Source of the DNA: Eubacteriales bacterium
GTDB lineage: Bacteria; Bacillota; Clostridia; Oscillospirales; CAG-272
Direction: 5' to 3'
Assembly: GCA_045125655.1 (NCBI GenBank)
Contig: JBGVNP010000063.1
Coordinates: forward strand, 9 to 64,008
DNA length: 64,000 nucleotides
Shown here: one piece after another, positions 25,628 through 33,979 of the stretch
Numbering within the stretch: the first letter of the stretch is position 1
How the letters are laid out: each line of letters opens with the position of its first letter
The notes under the pieces: model-generated
Told to the model about the DNA's origin: nothing
The model's input: the letters and a program-made list of their open reading frames with translations, nothing else
Databases searched by the model: none
Program-made: the position numbers and the translations under genes

Positions 25628-26311
25628 ATGGAAATTATTAAAATAAATGACAGATTGCTTACTGCCGTTCCGTTTGTCAGAGAGGGCAAATGCTTTGCTG
25701 ATATAGGAACGGATCACGCATATCTGCCGATATACTTACTTCAAAATAACAAGATTTCAAAAGCAGTTGCAGCGGATATAAACCGAGGTCCTCTTGATAA
25801 AGCCGAGGAAAATATCGCTAAATACGGTATGGCAGATAGTATCAAGACCGTACTTTGCGATGGGCTTAAGGGGCTTAACTCAAATGATGCGGATGACGTT
25901 GCGATATTTGGCATGGGTGGAGAGCTTATAGTAAAGATAATTGACGAAGCTCCGTGGCTTAAGAACGCGGACAAGCGTTTGATCCTTCAGCCCATGACTC
26001 ATCCCGAAAAGCTTCGCGAATATCTTGCAAAAAACGGCTTTAAAATCATAGGAGAAACTCTATCCTACGATCGCGAAAAGATATATCAAACCATATGCGC
26101 GGAGTTTGATGGCAATGTCAGAGAATATGATGCATTTACTCTGCTTTACGGTGAATTTATACTTGGAGAAAAGAGTGAATTGCTTTTGTCGCTTATGCTT
26201 ACCGAGAAGAAAAAGCTAATAAGAAAAATTGAGGGTAAGCGCGCAGGAAACGAGGACGTTTCCTATGAAAGTGAAATACTTGAAGCTATTGAAAAATACA
26301 TAGAGAGGTAA
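25628..26311 (+). CDS. trmK: tRNA (adenine22-N1)-methyltransferase
   Basis: It has the DIGTDHAYLPIYL motif and is followed by a Nif3 homologue, as in the Bacillus yqfN-yqfO pair. Confidence 0.85.
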   Translation: MEIIKINDRLLTAVPFVREGKCFADIGTDHAYLPIYLLQNNKISKAVAADINRGPLDKAEENIAKYGMADSIKTVLCDGLKGLNSNDADDVAIFGMGGELIVKIIDEAPWLKNADKRLILQPMTHPEKLREYLAKNGFKIIGETLSYDREKIYQTICAEFDGNVREYDAFTLLYGEFILGEKSELLLSLMLTEKKKLIRKIEGKRAGNEDVSYESEILEAIEKYIER

Positions 26312-26316
26312 CTGAT

Positions 26317-27084
26317 ATGACGATTAACGAGCTTAGTAGATACATGAATGAAAAAATTCCGCGAGAGCTTTCTTGCTCTTGGGATAATGACGGTCTTATG
26401 TGTTGCCCTGATGGCAATCGAGGCGTAAAAAAAGCACTTTTCACTATGGACGTAACTCCCGAAGCGATTGAGCATGCGATTGAGGGTGGATATGATGTTA
26501 TCATTTCTCACCACCCCTTGATCTTCCGCGGAGTAAAGACTGTTTCAGGCGATCTTGGTATTCCCGCAAGAATTATCAAGCTCATCAAAAATGACGTGTC
26601 GGTTATGTCCTACCACACTCGCTTTGATGCAGTTGACGGTGGAGTAAACGATGCTCTTGCAGACCTTTTTGAGCTTACCGACGTTGAAAAGGTAGCGTGC
26701 GACGGAATTGAGCTTATGAGAGTTGGAAATCTTCCCGAGGAGCTTGATATTGAGCATTTTGTGGCAGTTGTTTGTGCCAAGCTCGGATGTGAGCATTTGA
26801 ATTATGGCAATAACAGTGGCAAGGTGAAAAAACTCGCACTTGTTGGTGGCGGTGGCGGAAGCTATATAAGAGAAGCCGCGGCAAGTGGGGCAGATACCTA
26901 TCTTTCGGGTGAAATCGGTTATCACAATCTCACCGATTGCAAGGATTACAGAATCAATCTTATTGAGGCGGGTCACTATTTTACAGAGAGAATAGCACTC
27001 TACAATCTTTCTCAATTAGTGCATGAATTTGACGAATCAATTCAATGCGATTTTTTTGAATCCAATACAATAAATCAAATATAG
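26317..27084 (+). CDS. Nif3-like dinuclear metal centre protein (YqfO/GTP cyclohydrolase 1 type 2 homologue)
   Basis: It has the ISHHPLIFRG motif, a C-terminal EAGHY motif, and conserved pairing with trmK. Confidence 0.85.
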   Translation: MTINELSRYMNEKIPRELSCSWDNDGLMCCPDGNRGVKKALFTMDVTPEAIEHAIEGGYDVIISHHPLIFRGVKTVSGDLGIPARIIKLIKNDVSVMSYHTRFDAVDGGVNDALADLFELTDVEKVACDGIELMRVGNLPEELDIEHFVAVVCAKLGCEHLNYGNNSGKVKKLALVGGGGGSYIREAAASGADTYLSGEIGYHNLTDCKDYRINLIEAGHYFTERIALYNLSQLVHEFDESIQCDFFESNTINQI

Positions 27085-27094
27085 GGGGATAAAT

Positions 27095-27787
27095 ATGACC
27101 TACGTAGTATCAAACCTTTATGGCAGATTTGATAAATATGAAAAATTGATAAAAAAGATAAATCTTAAGGACAGTGACGTTCTTTATATTCTTGGAAATA
27201 TTGTTGATTACGGCGAGGATTCAATAAAGCTTATCAACGAGCTTTCCGCGCAGTATAATGTTTACAGTGTACTTGGAGAGCACGATTACAAGGCATATCT
27301 TTTGCTTTCCGAGTTTGATAGAATCATTAAAGAGGGCGGCGCTCCATCTGTAAGTTTCTCCAAGGAGATGATTGAATGGGCGCAGAATGGAGGTCAGGCA
27401 ACGCTTGAGGCGTTTAAAAGTGCTGATGCGGACGAGAAGGAGGGCTTTCTTGATTATTTATCCGACCTTCCCGTGTTTGAAGAGGTGACCCTCAAAAACG
27501 GCAAAGAGTTTATACTTACTTGCAGAGGAATAGCGGATTTTGACAAAAGCACCGATCTTTACGATTATGAGCTTGACAACTTTATTGACGGATATATTGA
27601 CATCGACAAAACCTATTATGATAACAAAATAATGGTTGTAGGTTATCTTGATTATGAGCATACCCCGGCAGGAAGAGCAGGTAAGATAAGCGCGAAGGGA
27701 AATAATATTGCGCTTGCTTGCGATATGAGTGAAAACGATGAGGTAGTTTGCCTCTGTCTTGAAACAAACGACGAATACTATGTTTAA
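27095..27787 (+). CDS. PPP/calcineurin-like metallophosphoesterase homologue with degenerate metal-binding motifs
   Basis: The layout matches motifs I-III, but the motifs read SNLYG (for GDxHG), GNIVDYG (for GDxxDRG) and GEHD (for GNHE). Confidence 0.5.
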   Translation: MTYVVSNLYGRFDKYEKLIKKINLKDSDVLYILGNIVDYGEDSIKLINELSAQYNVYSVLGEHDYKAYLLLSEFDRIIKEGGAPSVSFSKEMIEWAQNGGQATLEAFKSADADEKEGFLDYLSDLPVFEEVTLKNGKEFILTCRGIADFDKSTDLYDYELDNFIDGYIDIDKTYYDNKIMVVGYLDYEHTPAGRAGKISAKGNNIALACDMSENDEVVCLCLETNDEYYV

Positions 27788-29195
27788 TATAAAGAAAAAC
27801 GATGTTGTTGAGCTTCTTGTTGAGGATATCAACAATCTTGGCGCGGGCGTTTCACACCTTGAGGATGGTCGCGTTGTCTTTATTAAGGGTGCGGTAACGG
27901 GTGACAGAATTAGTGCAAAGATAATCAAGGTAAATACTAATTTTGCCGTTGCCAGACTTGAGGAGCTTCTTGAAAAATCACCCTTTCGTGATGACTGTTG
28001 CTTTTGTAACGCGAGCGAGAGCTGCGGCGGATGTGTTTACCGTCACATCACCTACGATCACGAAAAGGAAATTAAAAAGAACTATGTAAAGCACGCATTT
28101 ATCAAGGTGGGATTGCCCGACGTGATTATCAATGACGTGCATAGCACAAATGAAATAAGGGGTTATAGAAACAAGGCGCAGTATCCATTTGCGATGACAA
28201 AGCAGGGCATTGTGGCGGGCTTTTATGCTACTAAAACCCATAACGTTGTGCCCGCTTTCGACTGCGCGCTCCAACCGAGAATATTTGGTGAGATATTGCA
28301 ATTTGTTTGCGATTTTGCAAACGAGAAAAAGCTCACGGTGTATAATGAAGAAACGGGTAAGGGCTTGCTTCGTCACCTCTATTTGCGCTATGGCAAAAAC
28401 ACGGGCGAGATCATGCTTTGCCTCGTTATAAACGGTGAAAAAATGCCGTGCGAGAGGGAATTTGCCGAGAGAATTACTTGTGAATATCCATTTGTAAAAA
28501 GCATTCAACTCAATATTAATCAAAAGAATACTAACGTTGTTTTGGGCGATACATACAGGACACTTATTGGCGAGAGGTATATCGAAGATGTTCTTTGTGG
28601 AGTGCGCTTTCGCATAACTCCCGAATCCTTTTATCAGGTAAATCACGACGGTGCAGAACTACTTTACGGACTTGCCAAGGACAAAGCAATCGAAGGATTT
28701 GAAAAAAAGATTTCGCTTGTTGATATGTACTGCGGAACGGGAACGATCGGTCTTTCGATGGCTGATTCTGTTTCCGAGCTTGTTGGCGTTGAGATAGTTG
28801 AGGGCGCTGTTGAATGTGCCAAGGTGAATGCCAAGCTCAACTGCTTTGAAAATTCAAAGTTTTACGCAGGTGATGCTAGGAATATTGAGTCGCTTTTTGC
28901 ATCCGTTGAGGCCAAGCACGGTCTGCTTTCTCCTGATGTGGTTATTCTCGATCCACCGAGAAAGGGATGCACTCCCGAGGTGATAGAATATCTTGCCGCG
29001 CGTAATGTAGAGCGAATAGTTTACGTTTCTTGCGATGCGGATACACTTGCACGCGATTGTAAGATGTTTGCCAATCTTGGATATAAAATAGGTGTAGTTG
29101 ATCCCGTGGATATGTTTCCGCGAACGGGGCACGTCGAGTCGGTCGTGTGTCTCACACGACGGCTCGACAATGAATTGCGCGAGCGCATGAATTGA
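27780..29195 (+). CDS. rlmD: 23S rRNA (uracil-5-)-methyltransferase RlmD/RumA family
   Basis: It has an N-terminal TRAM domain, a Cys cluster (CCFCNASESCGGC) and a SAM-MTase core (DMYCGTGTIG, DPPRKG). The start ATG overlaps the upstream stop (ATGTTTAA). Confidence 0.85.
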   Translation: MFNIKKNDVVELLVEDINNLGAGVSHLEDGRVVFIKGAVTGDRISAKIIKVNTNFAVARLEELLEKSPFRDDCCFCNASESCGGCVYRHITYDHEKEIKKNYVKHAFIKVGLPDVIINDVHSTNEIRGYRNKAQYPFAMTKQGIVAGFYATKTHNVVPAFDCALQPRIFGEILQFVCDFANEKKLTVYNEETGKGLLRHLYLRYGKNTGEIMLCLVINGEKMPCEREFAERITCEYPFVKSIQLNINQKNTNVVLGDTYRTLIGERYIEDVLCGVRFRITPESFYQVNHDGAELLYGLAKDKAIEGFEKKISLVDMYCGTGTIGLSMADSVSELVGVEIVEGAVECAKVNAKLNCFENSKFYAGDARNIESLFASVEAKHGLLSPDVVILDPPRKGCTPEVIEYLAARNVERIVYVSCDADTLARDCKMFANLGYKIGVVDPVDMFPRTGHVESVVCLTRRLDNELRERMN

Positions 29196-29287
29196 GTGCG
29201 TTGCACTCATGAATTGGCTTCGCCATGAATTGCGCCTGAGGGCGCATAAGGTAGGACGCGCAATTCAATTCATGACACGAAGTGTCA
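29170..29287 (+). repeat. iteron/hairpin array: four direct ATGAATTG copies, one inverted copy, interleaved short GC hairpins
   Basis: ATGAATTG occurs at 29170, 29187, 29209 and 29225, and CAATTCATG at 29266-29274. TGAATTGCGC (29226-29235) pairs with GCGCAATTCA (29257-29266). Small hairpins are AGTGCgttGCACT, GCGCCtgaGGGCGC and GACACgaaGTGTC. Confidence 0.8.
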
Positions 29288-29311
29288 AATCATTCAAAAC
29301 GAGGGTTTACA

Positions 29312-29665
29312 ATGAAAGAAAACTTTTTAGTCGACTTATCAAAGCAATTTGCTGTTGACATCGTCAATCTTTGTACTGATATAAAGGAAAATCGCAAAAG
29401 CAACGTACTGTTAAATCAAGTATTGCGGAGCGGCACAAGTATCGGAGCGAACATTCATGAAGCCAACTATGCGGCAAGTAAAGCAGATTTTATTAATAAG
29501 TTTCAAATTGCCTTAAAAGAATGCTACGAAACGGATTATTGGCTCGGTTTGTTCAAGGATACGCACATGATAACTGAGGAAGAGTACAAGGATTTGTTTG
29601 CAAAATGTAGCAAAATTCGCAAGTTGCTTATTGCCTCCATCACCACCGCAAAGGAAAATCAATAA
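29312..29665 (+). CDS. four-helix-bundle protein (TIGR02436 / 23S rRNA intervening-sequence protein / Avd-like family)
   Basis: QVLRSGTSIGANIHEA....K.DFINK..IALKE..ET.YWL is the family signature. The product is 117 aa. Confidence 0.8.
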   Translation: MKENFLVDLSKQFAVDIVNLCTDIKENRKSNVLLNQVLRSGTSIGANIHEANYAASKADFINKFQIALKECYETDYWLGLFKDTHMITEEEYKDLFAKCSKIRKLLIASITTAKENQ

Positions 29666-29742
29666 AGACAAATGATGATTTTGAGCATAACTCAAAGCTC
29701 TCATTTACAGCTGTTTAGTATAACATATCGAAAGGAGCTTTT

Positions 29743-30432
29743 ATGAAAGAGATTGTTTTTGGTGATTTGAAATTTTCTATTTCAAATTCATATAGAATTA
29801 TGAAATCGCGGATTAAGAATTGTTCAAGTGTATCATTATTTGGAGAATTTTCTGAAAAGGTCTTTCTATACAAAAGCTTTTTGGGAGCGGAGATAGAATT
29901 CGAAATGGATAGATGGGACACTTCGACTATTTCTAAGATCGATGACATTTTAATAGGCAAATACGGCGAGCCCGATTACATAGCAAAGGGCGAGATGAAG
30001 ATTTGGAAAGAAAAAGATTTTTATGTCGTTCACGGCATGGATGAAAAGCATTACCAAGTGGACGTTCATATCGTAAAAATATGTTTCAGCAAACCTTATT
30101 TCTTTATGTTAGATTTTGAAAAATACCGAGAGTATGTCGTCATCTTTAACGAGATAAGCGAAAAATTAGGGCTTCGGTGGAGTGGCAATTTGAGTGTTCT
30201 TGACAGACAAATGGCTGTCTTGATGGACTCCGAAGCCTATAGCTATTACTTTTATTTTGGGAAAGGCAAGTTTGCTTTTTATTCAAGCGAGAAGAAAAAA
30301 GAAGCTGTGGGTGTTCGTTTGGTTCCATCTTGGAACATCAAAGGTAAATACAAGACGATTCAAGATTTACATATTCAGTTGGATTCATTCTTTGATTATC
30401 TCAAAGAATATGATTTAAGCTTAAAAGGGTAA
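29743..30432 (+). CDS. hypothetical protein (no recognisable motif)
   Basis: A 229-aa ORF has AAAGGAG 7 nt upstream of its ATG and no signal peptide. It lies inside the inserted cassette. Confidence 0.55.
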   Translation: MKEIVFGDLKFSISNSYRIMKSRIKNCSSVSLFGEFSEKVFLYKSFLGAEIEFEMDRWDTSTISKIDDILIGKYGEPDYIAKGEMKIWKEKDFYVVHGMDEKHYQVDVHIVKICFSKPYFFMLDFEKYREYVVIFNEISEKLGLRWSGNLSVLDRQMAVLMDSEAYSYYFYFGKGKFAFYSSEKKKEAVGVRLVPSWNIKGKYKTIQDLHIQLDSFFDYLKEYDLSLKG

Positions 30433-30500
30433 AAAGTGAGACTTTAAGGGATTACAACCCCCATTTTTGACTTGTTTTGAGACCTTTTGGAGTCTTGACC

Positions 30501-30536
30501 CACGTCGAGAGTGTCGTTTGTCTTGAAAGGAGGTAA
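30501..30536 (+). pseudogene. displaced 3' end of an rlmD-type gene (HVESVVCLERR-stop)
   Basis: In-frame codons cac gtc gag agt gtc gtt tgt ctt encode HVESVVCL, identical to rlmD residues encoded at 29130-29153. Identity is 19/24 nt, and the differences are synonymous. Confidence 0.6.
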
Positions 30537-30538
30537 TT

Positions 30539-30922
30539 ATGTTTGAACCATGCTCAAAAAAGCAAGGAGCTGACGAGAGAGTGCACAGAATGAAGCTGCA
30601 TTGTGAGCCGTATGAGATGATAAAAAGCGGTAAAAAGACGATCGAGCTTCGCTTATTTGATGAGAAGCGTCAAATGATTAAGATAGGTGACGTGATAGCT
30701 TTTACTAACACTAAAACAGGTGAAGAGCTTTGTACACGTGTTCTTAATCTGCACCGATTTGATTCCTTTGCCGATCTATATAAAGCACTGCCGCTGCTTA
30801 AATGCGGATATACAGAGGATGATATTGATACTGCATCTCCTTTAGATATGGAACAGTATTATTCTCAAGAGGAACAGAAAGAATACGGAGTAATTGGCAT
30901 TGAGCTTTGCTTGATTTCATAA
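30539..30922 (+). CDS. ASCH domain protein
   Basis: EPYEMIKSGKKTIELRLFDEKR....GD.I.F fits the ASCH beta-barrel N-terminus. A strong SD (AAGGAGG) is embedded in the rlmD remnant. Confidence 0.65.
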   Translation: MFEPCSKKQGADERVHRMKLHCEPYEMIKSGKKTIELRLFDEKRQMIKIGDVIAFTNTKTGEELCTRVLNLHRFDSFADLYKALPLLKCGYTEDDIDTASPLDMEQYYSQEEQKEYGVIGIELCLIS

Positions 30923-30944
30923 GTATTAATTTTGAGGAAAAATT

Positions 30945-31862
30945 ATGAATAATCTGACAGTACATAAAAAACGCAACAGTCTAATAGAGTTATACAGGTT
31001 TTTATTTGCGCTCAACGTGATGATTGGGCACGGTTTGTTTCCCATAAAAACTGAATATTTCGGTCCCGACAGGATCTCCGTTGAATTTTTCTTTGTTCTA
31101 AGCGGATTTTTGCTTTATAATTCGTTAGAAAAATATAAGGAAATGTCATTGCCAAAGGCAATAAAAACAATGGTTATTTCCAAAATGAAGCCGTTGCTTA
31201 TTCCAACAGTAATAGGTCTTATTTCAAATGCAATTTACAACTATTTGACAAATTATAATCCTCTTAAGGTGTTCAGATATTTATGGTATATTCCTGCGAT
31301 GATGGCGGCGTTCTTACTCTATACCGTTTTGAGAGTGCTTATCAAAAATAGCAAGGTTTTTTATATCACTGTTGCAGGAATATTCGTGATTTGCGCGTGC
31401 CTGCGTTTCTTTGGAAACGAAGATCTGTTTTTCTTTGACTATTTAAGATCTCCTTTGGCGGTAGGACTTGGAATTTTGCTTGGCAAAGTGCCAAAGCCCG
31501 AAATTAAGCGCAAGTGGATATGGTGGTTGATGCTTGTTCCTGTGTTGGCAGCAGTATTTGTTATTGTATTCTTACGTCTTGCGAAGGATTCGAGAGCTTA
31601 TGAGGCACTTTTGGATCTTGTTTTGTATCCATTACTAATTTATATTTCATTCAGAATTGATTTTAATTTCCCGATATTCAATTATCTTGGCGCTTTGAGC
31701 TTTGGAATTTATGCTTATCAGTGCCCTGGTAGAATGCTTTGGGGATTTGGAATTACTGATGCTTGGCTTGTATTCTTTGTGATTGTGGGACTGACTCTTA
31801 TAGATGATTTCGCCAAGAGATTGATTAAATATTTTAAACGAAAGGCAGTGCAGGCTGTGTGA
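30945..31862 (+). CDS. acyltransferase family 3 integral membrane protein
   Basis: It has an N-terminal IELYRFLFALNVMIGH motif (the conserved R..H of Acyl_transf_3) and about 9 TM helices. Confidence 0.7.
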   Translation: MNNLTVHKKRNSLIELYRFLFALNVMIGHGLFPIKTEYFGPDRISVEFFFVLSGFLLYNSLEKYKEMSLPKAIKTMVISKMKPLLIPTVIGLISNAIYNYLTNYNPLKVFRYLWYIPAMMAAFLLYTVLRVLIKNSKVFYITVAGIFVICACLRFFGNEDLFFFDYLRSPLAVGLGILLGKVPKPEIKRKWIWWLMLVPVLAAVFVIVFLRLAKDSRAYEALLDLVLYPLLIYISFRIDFNFPIFNYLGALSFGIYAYQCPGRMLWGFGITDAWLVFFVIVGLTLIDDFAKRLIKYFKRKAVQAV

Positions 31863-32797
31863 ATGATATGAGCCATTTGAATTATTTAAACGAGAATTAT
31901 CCCGTGAGAAAAAGTGCAGAGGATAAGGAAAAATTCAAAAATTACATAGTGAAATCTCTTAAAGAAAAGGGAATTGAGGCCAAAATTGAGCGCACGGCGG
32001 ACGGCAAGAATGACAACATAGTTGTCGGCGATCCCACAAAAGCCAAGGCTATATTTACTGCACACTACGATACACCTGCGCGTTCACTCTTTCCCAACAT
32101 TATGATGCCCAAGAATAGAGTCGCATTCTATTCATACCAGTTTATACCCGTTATCTTTTTGCTTGTTATTTCGCTCGCGATCGGTTATCTTGTAGGAAAC
32201 ATAATATTAAAAAATGAAAGTGTATGGTATTTTGCTTTTCTAATTTCATACTACGCGATATTCTTTCTTATGATGATGGCATTTACCAACAAGTTCAATT
32301 ATAACGACAATACCTCGGGCGTTGCTACGGTTTTGAGTATTATTGATGGACTTAATGCCGATGAATTGAAGGACATTGCATTTATTCTTTTTGACAACGA
32401 AGAAAAGGGCAAAAAGGGATCTGCTGCTTATTTTAAGGATCACAAGGAAGATATGAAGGATAGATTTCTTGTGAATTTCGACTGTGTTGGAAATGGAAAA
32501 AATATTATTTTCATAGCGCAAAAGGATGCTGCGGACAGTGATGAATACAAAATCCTTGCAGACTCTTTTGAGAAAAACGTTGGATTTTCACTCGATTTTT
32601 CAACATACAAGAATGCAGATGCTAATTCAGATCATAAGAATTTCCCTAAGGGTGTTGCCTGCGTAGCGTGCAAAAAGGCGAAGAACGGTCTTTTGTATAC
32701 GCCCTACATACACACGAATAAGGACGTAGTGGCAAATAATGGAAACATTGACTTTTTGTCCAAAAACGCGATTGATTTTGTTAGAAAAATGCATTAA
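31859..32797 (+). CDS. membrane-associated M28-like metallopeptidase homologue
   Basis: It has FTAHYDTP, NEEKG and D..GNG motifs resembling M28 zinc ligands, with internal TM helices. The start is either the GTG overlapping the upstream stop or the ATG at 31868. Confidence 0.55.
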   Translation: MNDMSHLNYLNENYPVRKSAEDKEKFKNYIVKSLKEKGIEAKIERTADGKNDNIVVGDPTKAKAIFTAHYDTPARSLFPNIMMPKNRVAFYSYQFIPVIFLLVISLAIGYLVGNIILKNESVWYFAFLISYYAIFFLMMMAFTNKFNYNDNTSGVATVLSIIDGLNADELKDIAFILFDNEEKGKKGSAAYFKDHKEDMKDRFLVNFDCVGNGKNIIFIAQKDAADSDEYKILADSFEKNVGFSLDFSTYKNADANSDHKNFPKGVACVACKKAKNGLLYTPYIHTNKDVVANNGNIDFLSKNAIDFVRKMH

Positions 32798-32833
32798 TAT
32801 TCGGCAATATTCAACAATGTTTTTGCAAATCTA

Positions 32834-32862
32834 TTGCCAAAAAATCAAATGTATGATATAAT
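32834..32862 (+). promoter_or_regulatory. sigma-A-type promoter
   Basis: TTGCCA, a 17-nt spacer, then TATAAT. Confidence 0.5.
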
Positions 32863-32896
32863 TTTAATGTTCTTTTTGAACTGATCCTTTTGACTT

Positions 32897-32923
32897 ATTC
32901 ATATTCAAAATATGAATATTCAT
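32897..32923. promoter_or_regulatory. overlapping perfect palindromes in the 5' UTR (candidate operator or RNA hairpin)
   Basis: ATTCATATT-caa-AATATGAAT (32897-32917) overlaps the 12-bp palindrome ATGAATATTCAT (32912-32923). Confidence 0.45.
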
Positions 32924-32970
32924 CCCACTGTAATTTGCGCTTTATTTAGCGCGTAGAAATGGAGAAAATT

Positions 32971-33855
32971 ATGGCTGAAAAGAAAAGAAAGCGCCGTTTT
33001 GGCGACAGAAAAGAGGGAAGAAAGTTAAGAACCCTTAATCCGATAACCCGTGCAATGCCTTACATAATGCCTAAAAGAAGCGATTCACTGAATTACTTTA
33101 CCGAAAAACTTGATATTACTGAGGCGGAAAAGTTTTGCCGTGAACAAACAAGGGCTGGAAAAACTAATTTTTCTTTACTCCACGTGATCATTGCATCATA
33201 TCTTCGTGTTGTTTCCCAGCGTCCTGCAATTAACCGTTTTGTAAGCGGTCAGACGATCTACGCGAGAAACAATATTGAGGTTCTTATGACCATCAAAAAG
33301 AAGATGGCTCTTGATGCTGAGGATACTTGTATTAAGGTTGAATTTGAACCCACGGACACAATCTATGACGTTTATGATAAGTTTAATAAGGCAGTTGAAG
33401 CGAATAAGGGAGATACTGACGGAAATGCTACTGAGGATTTTGCGAAAATACTCAATTATATTCCTCGCTTCATGCTTCGCTTTGTAATATGGCTTATAAA
33501 GACTCTCGATTACTATGGCATTCTTCCTAAATCCATAATTAATCTTAGTCCATTCCACGGTTCATTGATCGTTACTTCTATGGGATCGCTCGGTATCCGT
33601 CCTATTTATCATCATATTTACGATTTTGGCAATCTTCCTGTCTTCGTTTCATACGGCGCAAAGCAGCGTGGTATAAAAATGGATGATGACGGAGAGGTAT
33701 ATAGATATAGGTATATTGAAATGAAGGTCGTTACCGACGAGAGAATTTGTGACGGATATTATTATGCATCTGCTTTTAAGATGATGAAAAAGATATTTGA
33801 AAATCCTCGCATTCTTGAAAATCCACCTGAAAAGGTTATTGAGGATATCGACTAA
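32971..33855 (+). CDS. stand-alone 2-oxoacid dehydrogenase E2-type (CAT-fold) acyltransferase domain protein
   Basis: The C-terminal TDERICDGYYYA matches the DHRxxDG catalytic motif region of E2/CAT-fold acyltransferases. There are no lipoyl or subunit-binding domains. The start is at the ATG after GGAGAAAATT. Confidence 0.6.
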   Translation: MAEKKRKRRFGDRKEGRKLRTLNPITRAMPYIMPKRSDSLNYFTEKLDITEAEKFCREQTRAGKTNFSLLHVIIASYLRVVSQRPAINRFVSGQTIYARNNIEVLMTIKKKMALDAEDTCIKVEFEPTDTIYDVYDKFNKAVEANKGDTDGNATEDFAKILNYIPRFMLRFVIWLIKTLDYYGILPKSIINLSPFHGSLIVTSMGSLGIRPIYHHIYDFGNLPVFVSYGAKQRGIKMDDDGEVYRYRYIEMKVVTDERICDGYYYASAFKMMKKIFENPRILENPPEKVIEDID

Positions 33856-33867
33856 TATTATTAAAAA

Positions 33868-33895
33868 ACGGACGAATTTTCTTCGTCCGTTTTTG
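33868..33895 (+). terminator. intrinsic terminator
   Basis: ACGGACGAA-ttttc-TTCGTCCGT is followed by TTTT. Confidence 0.8.
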
Positions 33896-33919
33896 CCATA
33901 TTTTACACTGCTGATTTAT

Positions 33920-33949
33920 GAATAATACACTTGTCGCTTTGTCAATACT
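33920..33949 (+). promoter_or_regulatory. possible forespore sigma (F/G)-type promoter upstream of sigG
   Basis: GAATA, an 18-nt spacer, then CAATACT. This loosely resembles the GHATR-17/18-CAHWHTA consensus, and the match is imperfect. Confidence 0.25.
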
Positions 33950-33979
33950 TTTCATAAAATATGGTGGTGTGAGGTAATT

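Noticed and set aside
29170-29274. CRISPR array
   Set aside because: The repeats are only 8-9 nt with 8-14 nt spacers, there are only four or five copies, and one is inverted. No cas genes are present in the window.
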